Source: the human T2T-CHM13v2.0 reference genome, Homo sapiens. From it: 64,000 bases of DNA. Position numbers and translations under genes: made by a program. Under the pieces are notes generated by a model that was not told where the DNA came from, searched no databases, and saw only the letters and a list, made by a program, of their open reading frames with translations. Positions 56,801 through 64,000 of this stretch are shown here, in pieces (positions within the stretch are counted from its first letter, which is position 1; each line of letters opens with the position of its first letter). The stretch is taken from NCBI RefSeq assembly GCF_009914755.1, contig NC_060928.1; one strand, given 5' to 3'.

Positions 56801-58489
56801 ATTTTAACCCATTTCATAAGTTGCCTCTTCATTCTGTTGTTTGTTTCCTTGACTATGCAGAGGATTTTTAGTTTACTGTAATCCCGTGTGTCTATTGTTG
56901 CTTTTGTTGCCTGCTTTGGGGTTTATATCCAAAAAATTATTGCCCAGACCATTTCATAAACATTTTCCCCTATTTTTTTCTTGTCATTTTACAATTTTAG
57001 GTCTTAGAATTAAGCCTATAATACACTTTGAGTTGGAGTTTCTTTATAGTGTGAGATAAGGGTCTAATTTCATGCTTCTGCATGTGGATATTCATTTGTC
57101 CCAACATGATTTATTCAAGAGACTGTCTTTTCCCTATTGTGTGTTCTTAACATCTACATCAAAAATCAATTGACTATAATAAATGTGTGGGTTTTTTGCT
57201 GGGCTATTTGTTTCCATTGGTCTATATGTCTGTTTTTATGTCAGTACCATACTGTTTTGATTACTATAGCTTTGTATTATGAGATCAGGTAGACTGATGC
57301 TTCCAGCTTTATTCTTTTTGTTCAAAATTGATCAGGCTATTTGGAGTATCTTACTTCCATATGAATTTTAGGATTATTTTTTCCATTTCTGTAAAAAATG
57401 TCATTGAAATTTTGATGAAGATTGCATTGAATCTGTAGATCACTTTGGGTAGTATAGAGATTTTAACAATATTAATTCCTCAATCTTCTTAAAAGGGATA
57501 TCTTTCCATTTCTTCATGTATTATTCCACTTCTTTTATCAATGTTTTATAGTAGTATACAGTATAGGTTTTTTTTATCTTGGTTAAATTTATTCTTAAGT
57601 GTTTTACTTTTTGGGTAGCTAATGAAAATGGGATATTTTTAATCATATAACTTGTTATTAGTAATAGAAACCCTACTGATTTTTGCATGTTGATTCTATA
57701 TCCTGCAACTTTACTCAATTTTGTTATTAGTTCTAACAGTGTTTTAGTGAAGTCTTCAGGACTTTCTATAAAATGATGTCATCTGTAAACAGGGACAATT
57801 CCACTTCTTCCTTCTCGATTTGGATGCCTTTCTTTTCTTGTATTTCATGCCTAATTTCTCTGGCTAGGACTTCCAGTACCATGTTGAATAGAAGCGATGA
57901 GAGTAGGCTTCTTGTTCATATTCCTGATCTTTTAAAGATAAAGTTTCCAACTTTTCACCATTGAATATGATGTTAGCTGTAGGCTTGTCATATATGGCCT
58001 TTTTTGTGTTGAGGTACATTCCTACTATAACTAGTTTGTTGGGTGTTTTTATCATAGAAGGATATTGAATTCTGTCAAATGTTTTTTATGTATCCATTGA
58101 GATGATCATATGGTTTTTGCCCTTCATTCCGTGAATGTAACATCAAGTTTATTGATTTGCATATGTTGAAACATCCTTGCATCCCAGGGATAAATCCCAC
58201 TTGATCATGGTGAATGATCCTGTTAATGTGTTGTTGAATTCAGTTTGCTAGTATTTGTTTTAGGGTTTTTCGATGTATGTGTATCATGAATATTGGTCTG
58301 CAGTTTTCTTTTCTTTTAGTGTCCTGCTCTGGCTGGGTAATGCTACCTTGTAAAATGAGTTTGTAGGTATTCCCTCTACTTCAATTTTTGGGAAGAGTTT
58401 GAGAAGGATCAACATTACTTCTTGCTTAAATACGTGGTATAATTCAGCAATAAAGCCATTAGATACTGAACACTTCTTTGACAGGAGAC

Positions 58490-58730
58490 TTTTTTAATAG
58501 GTTTTGGGGAACAGGCAGTTTTTGGTTGTATGAATAAATTATTTAGTGGTAATTTCTGAGATTTTGATGTACCTGTCATCCAGCAGTGTACACTGTACCC
58601 AATGTGTAGTCCTTTATCCCTCACCACTCTCCCCTCTTCCCTCTTAGTCCCCAAATTCCATTACATCATTCTTATGCCTTTGCATCCTCATAGCTTACCT
58701 CACACTTACAAGTGAGAACATAAATTATTT
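58490..58730 (-). mobile_element. L1PB 3'-end fragment nested in the L1MA
   Basis: aggttttgggggaacagg, gtgtacactgtacccaatgtgtagtc and catcattcttatgcctttgcatcctcatagctta. Confidence 0.85.
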
Positions 58731-61700
58731 GAGTTTTTTTAAATTAATGATTAAATCTCCTTACTTATTCTTGTTCTATTCAGATTTTCTGTTTCTTTAT
58801 GATCCTGTCTTTGTAGACTGTATGTGTTTAGAAATTTATCCATTCTTTCTAGGCTATCCAATTTTTGATATATAATTATTCATAGTCTCTTATGATCCTT
58901 TTGGATTTATTTGTATTCCTGTGGACTTTTTATAAAATGATGTCATCTGTAAACAGGGAGAATTTCACTTCTTCCTTCTTGATTTGGATGCCTTTCTTTT
59001 CTTGTATTTCATGCCTAATTGCTCTGGCTAAGACTTCCAGTACCATGTTGAATAGAAGTGATGAGAGTAGGCTTCTTGGTCATATTGCTGATCTTTTAAA
59101 GAAAAAGTTTCCAAATTTTCACCATTGAATATGGTGTTATGATCAGTTGTAATGCTTCCTCTTTCATTTCTGATTTTATTTATATGAGTTATCTCTTTTT
59201 TAATACTTAGTCTAGCTACAGGTTTGTTGAATTTGTTTATCTTTTCAAAAATACCAACTCTCCACTTTATTGATCTTTTCTATTTTTTTCTATTCTATGT
59301 TTCCTTTATTTCTTCTCGGATCTTTATTATTTTATTTCTTGTGCTAACTTCAGGCTTAATTTATTCTTCTTTTTCTAGTCCCTTACAATGAAATAATAGA
59401 TTGCACTTGAGATCTTTCTTCTTTTTTGATGCAGATGTTTGTTGCTATAAACTTCCCTCTTACAACCACTTTTGCAGCATCCCATCATTTTGGGTATGTT
59501 GTGTGTTCCTTTTTGTTTGTGTGAAGACATTTTCTAATTTCTCTTAAAATTTCTTCTTTGATCGATTTGGGTTTTTCAGGAGTAAATAATGGAATTTTCC
59601 AAAATTCATTCTGTTCATTTCCTTCAGTGTTTTGAATATATCATCCCACTCTCATCTGGTCTGTAAGGTTTCTGCTGAGAGTGTCATACCATTGTGGTTG
59701 GAAAAGATACTTGATATAATTTCAGTCTCTTAAAATTTATTAAGACTTGTTTTGTGGCTCAATAGGTAATATATCTGAAGAATCCTCCATGTGGCTTGAG
59801 AAAAATGTGTATTCTGCTGCTGCCGGATGCAATGTTACGTATATGTCTGTTAGGTCCATTTGGTCTAAAGTGCAGTTCAAGTCCAGTGTTTCCTTGTTGA
59901 TTTTCTGTCTAGAAGACTGGTCCATTGCTGAAGGTGGGATATTAAAATGTCTTACTACTATTGTATTACAGTATGTCTCACCCTTCAGATCTATAAATAT
60001 TTGCTTCATACAATTAAGGAGCTTGGATATTGGGTGCATATATATTTACAGCTGCTATATCCAATTGATGAATTGACCCCTTTATCATTCTATAGTGACC
60101 TTCTTTGTCTCTCTTTATAATTTTTTATTAACATCTATTTTTATCTGATATAAGTATAGTTAACTTTGCTCTCTTTTGGTTTCCATTTGTCTGGAATATC
60201 CTTTTTCATACCTTCACTTTTGGGATATGTGTGTCTTTAAAGGTGAAGTGAATCTGTTATAGGCAGTATATAGTTGGGATTTTTAAAAATTTATTCAGCA
60301 ACTTTATATCTTTTGATTGGAGAATTTAATCCATTTACTTTCAACATAATTATTGACAAGCAAGGACTTACAGTCATTTTAATTGTTTTCCAATTGTTTT
60401 GTAGATCCTTTGTTCCTTTCTTCCTTTCTTGCTGTCTTCCTTTGTGATTTGGTGATTTTTCTCTAGTGGTATGCTTCGAATTCTTACCATTTATTTTTTG
60501 TGTATCTACTGTAGGTTTTTGTTTTATTTTTACCACAAGGCCAATGTACATCTTACAGTTATAATAGGCTCGTTAAAGCTGATAACAACTTAACTGATCA
60601 CTAAAAAATCCTCAACATTTCTTCCTCAACCTCTCCACCAATTTTATGTGTTTGATGACACAATTTATATCATTTTATACTGTGTATCTCTTAACAGTTG
60701 TTGTAGCTGTTATTTTAAAATAATTTTGTCTTTTAACTTTTGTACTAAAGATATGTCATTTACACATTACCATTACAGTATTAGAGTATTCTGAATTTGA
60801 CAATACACTTTTCATTCTGTTTGAAGAATTATCTTTAGCATTTCTTGTAAGACAGGTCTGGTAGTAATGAATTCTCTTTGCTTTCGTTTGTCTGAGAAAC
60901 CCTGTCTCTCCTTCACATCTGAAAAACAGCTTTGCTGGGTAAATTATACCTGAGGAACAGTTTTGCTGGGTAAATTATTGGATGGTAGGTTTGTTTTGAC
61001 TTTATTTTTCCTTCAGTGTTCTGAATATATCATCCCACTCTCATCTGCTCTGTAAGGTTTCTGTGAGAGGTCTGCTGCTAGCCTTATTCGAACTCCCTGA
61101 TAAGTGATAGGCCTTTTTTTTCCCCCTCTTACTGCCTTAAGAATGACCTCTTTATCTTTTGACAGTTTAATCATAACTTTTCTTGGTGTAGTCTTGTTAC
61201 GGTTGTATCTAATTGGAGAACTTTGACCTTCCTGCGCCTGGATATTTATATATTTCCCCAGATTTGGAGAAATTTCTGCAATTGTTTCTTGAAGTTTTCT
61301 GGCCCAGTGTTTCTCTCTTTTCCTTGAAGTCCTATAATCTGAATATTTGTTTGTTAGATGCTGTCCCATATGTCTCATTAGTTTCACTTATTCCTTTTTT
61401 TCCTCTTCTGGTCCTATATTTTCAAATAACCTGTCTCTAAATTCATGGATTCTTTCTTCTGCTTGATCAGGTCTGCTACTGACATTCTCTAATGCATTTT
61501 TCTTTTCATTTATTACAATTGTCAGCTCCAGAATTCATTATATATGCATATAGTATATTTGATATATATAACATGTTATATATGTTATAACATTTGTATG
61601 TGTGCATATATATAATTTCAATATCTCCATTAAATTTTTCATTTTGGTTGTCTGTTTTCCCGATTTCATTGATTTACTTCTCTGTATTTTCTTGAAGTTC

Positions 61701-61989
61701 ACTGGGCTTCCTTAAAACAATGATTTTGAATTGTCAGGCAATTCGTAAGTCTCCATATCTTCAGAGCCAGTTACTCTGAAGAAGTAAGGGCTTTATTTTG
61801 TTCCTTTGATGGTGTCATGTTTCCCAGATTGTTTTTTATGCTTGTGGCTGCGTTGATGCCTGCACATTTGAAGCAGTGACTTATTTTAGTTTTTACAGTT
61901 TGGCTTTGTGTGGGAATGCCCTTTACCAGTCAGCCCCTGCAGAGATTTTTCGGCAAGACATCTGGCCTCGTTTGTAGGCTGACTTACTG

Positions 61990-63520
61990 CTGGAGTCCTC
62001 AGGCAGGCTGGCCTGGTGTCTGGATCAGTTGGTACCTGAGTCCACAGGGTTGGGTGTGGAGCCTCTGTTCACTGAGGTAGACCTGTTGTTTAGGTTTGTG
62101 GCGGGGTGAGAGGGGGCGTGTGTCTGCAGCCTGGTTCTGCAACAGTGGGCCTGGAGCCTGTATACGTGGTTGCTAACTTGAAGCCTTGATGCACATTGCT
62201 GACCTGGCACTGAGGTGAGCATTGAGTTTGAGTCTATAGAAGCTGACCAGATCTTGGGATAGGCCTGGTGCCTAGGTCCACTGGTGTCAACCTGGAGCCT
62301 GAGTCCATGGAGATGTGCCTAGGTCCTGGGTCCATGGGGATGGCCTGGAGACAGGATCTTCAGGGTGGTTCTGGAACCACAGGGGCCAGCCTGGTACTAA
62401 AGTCTATTGAAGTTGCCCTAGACCTTGGGTGTCCTGAAGCAGGCCTGAACCCAGGGTCCACTGAAGCCTGAGGCCACTAGGACTTCCTTGGATCCTCAGG
62501 CCAGCTTGGTGCTGGGGCAGGCAGAAAATCTGGGTATGCAGGGGCTGGTCTAAAGCCTAGGGTTGTGTGTACTGGCCTGGTACCTGAAGCCATGGAGACT
62601 AGAATTTTGGGTCCTAGGAGGCCTAGTCAGCCTGGAGCTTGGGTACATGAGTGCTAGTCTCAAGTCTAGGTTTGTTGATGCTGGCCTGAAGGTCTGCAAT
62701 GGCCTACCTCAGTCCTGGGGCTTTGAGGCCTGGAACCTGGGTCTATAGGAGAAGTCGTGGAGCTTGAGTCCATGGAGGCTGCCCAGCACTAGGGTCTATT
62801 GGGATGGGCCTGGACCCTGAGTCTGTTGGAACGTGTGGTCAGTCTGGAGGGTCGGGATGCAGTGATTGGCCTGACACTAGGCAGACCTAGTACCTATAGC
62901 TGTAAGTGCCAGCCTGTCACCTGAAGCCAGGTATGGCAACCTAGTGCTGGTGCAGGCCTGAAGTCTGAGGCTACTTGGGCTGACCTGGCTCTAGGCTGGG
63001 CTGGAAACTGGGAAAGCCTAGAGCCTGGAGCCACAGAGATTGGCCTGGGCATTGGGTGAGCCTAGAATCTATATCCACAGGGGCTGGCCTGAAGGCTGGG
63101 TCCATAGGTGCTAGCCTGATGGCTAGGGCTGCAGGACCAGCCTGGTGGCTTGGGCAGGCCTGAAGCCAAGGGCCACTGTGCCTGGCTTGGAGACTTGAGT
63201 CTGCAGGATGATTCTGAAGCCTTGTCTCTGGTGGCTGGCTGGCATTCAAAGCCTGCAGCTACTGGGGCTGGCCCAGTGCTGGGGCCAGTCTAGAGCCTGG
63301 GGCTGCTGGGTGGGGCTGCCTGGTGGTAGAGAAGGCCCGAAGACTGAACATACCTGGCAGGCCTGGACACTGGGGCTGCAATGTCAGGCTTGGTGTTGGG
63401 GTAAACCTAAATGCACAGTCTATGGTTACCAGTCTAGTGTTTGGAGACAAGGGGGTCTTGCCAGTGCTGAACTGCATTTGGGTGCGCCTGGTGTTCGGAT
63501 CTAAGGTCTGGTGCTCACTT
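61990..63520 (-). repeat. Degenerate GC-rich repeat array in the L1MA 5'UTR
   Basis: Dozens of variants of gcctggagcctg(a/g)gtcca(t/c)(g/a)ggg. Confidence 0.75.
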
Positions 63521-64000
63521 TCCTCTCCTTCCAGCAAGTGAAGGGTGTCTCCCCTGTCCCCACCACCCACCCTCCCCACCGACATGAGAAATGTAAAACT
63601 GTCCTTCCCAATGTATCTTTTCTTACTTCTGCACTACATCAAGGTACTACAATCTCTCAACTGTTTTCCTTAGCTTTTGTGAAGGTATTTCTGTACATGG
63701 ATAGTTGTTCAAATTGATGTTTCTGCAGGGGGATGCGTGTTAAAAATCGTATTCTGCCACCTTGCTGATATCTCAACCTATTAAAAATTTATTTTAAATA
63801 TTATGGTTACAGTTTTTAGCTTCAATGTACTTGGGGATGTTACTTTGCTCATTTTTTCCCTTATCATAACTTCGTATAGAACTTAATTACAATCCTTTTG
63901 TGTCACTCATGTTTAAGCACAACACGTTTTTCTGTGCTTCTAAGAGGAGCCTGCTTTGTAGGAGAGCAGGATGAACAGAAGATATTTCTTAGTTTCTTTA

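Larger units (their letters stand above)
55769..63786 (-). mobile_element. Full-length L1MA6/7-like element (~8 kb)
   Basis: 3' end ttttaactgacacataaaaattg. ORF2 remnants, ORF1 at 61013-61387 (TTPRKVMIKLSK..PITYQGVRIRLAADLS), GC-rich 5'UTR. Candidate TSD atttattttaaatat at 55754-55768 and 63787-63801. Confidence 0.88.

Noticed and set aside
61990-63585. GC-rich ORF cluster as a gene, CpG island or CRISPR-like array
   Set aside because: It is the CpG-poor L1MA 5'UTR with degenerate units and no constant-repeat/unique-spacer structure.

Overview
This is mammalian nuclear DNA, almost certainly human, because it carries an intact AluYb8 with the diagnostic 7-bp duplication. I found no recognisable host protein-coding exon, rRNA, tRNA or CRISPR array. 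Every ORF in the track with recognisable protein similarity is LINE-1 derived (ORF0, ORF1, ORF2); the rest are spurious frames in repeats or AT-rich DNA. Layout: 1-4.2 kb holds old L1, Alu and an MLT1A LTR. 4-38 kb is mostly unique AT-rich sequence with scattered SINEs, LTRs and DNA transposons, and looks like an intron of a minus-strand gene or intergenic DNA. 38-64 kb is a dense nest of L1s, including a near-full-length L1PA5-like copy and a full-length L1MA6-like copy. I found no evidence of a new biological system. The most interesting signals are several locally templated duplications and inverted-repeat mosaics, three Tigger MITEs packed together, a young AluYb8, and an L1 antisense promoter/ORF0 pointing at exon-like cassettes on the minus strand. 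Subfamily names come from recalled consensus motifs, not from a database search.
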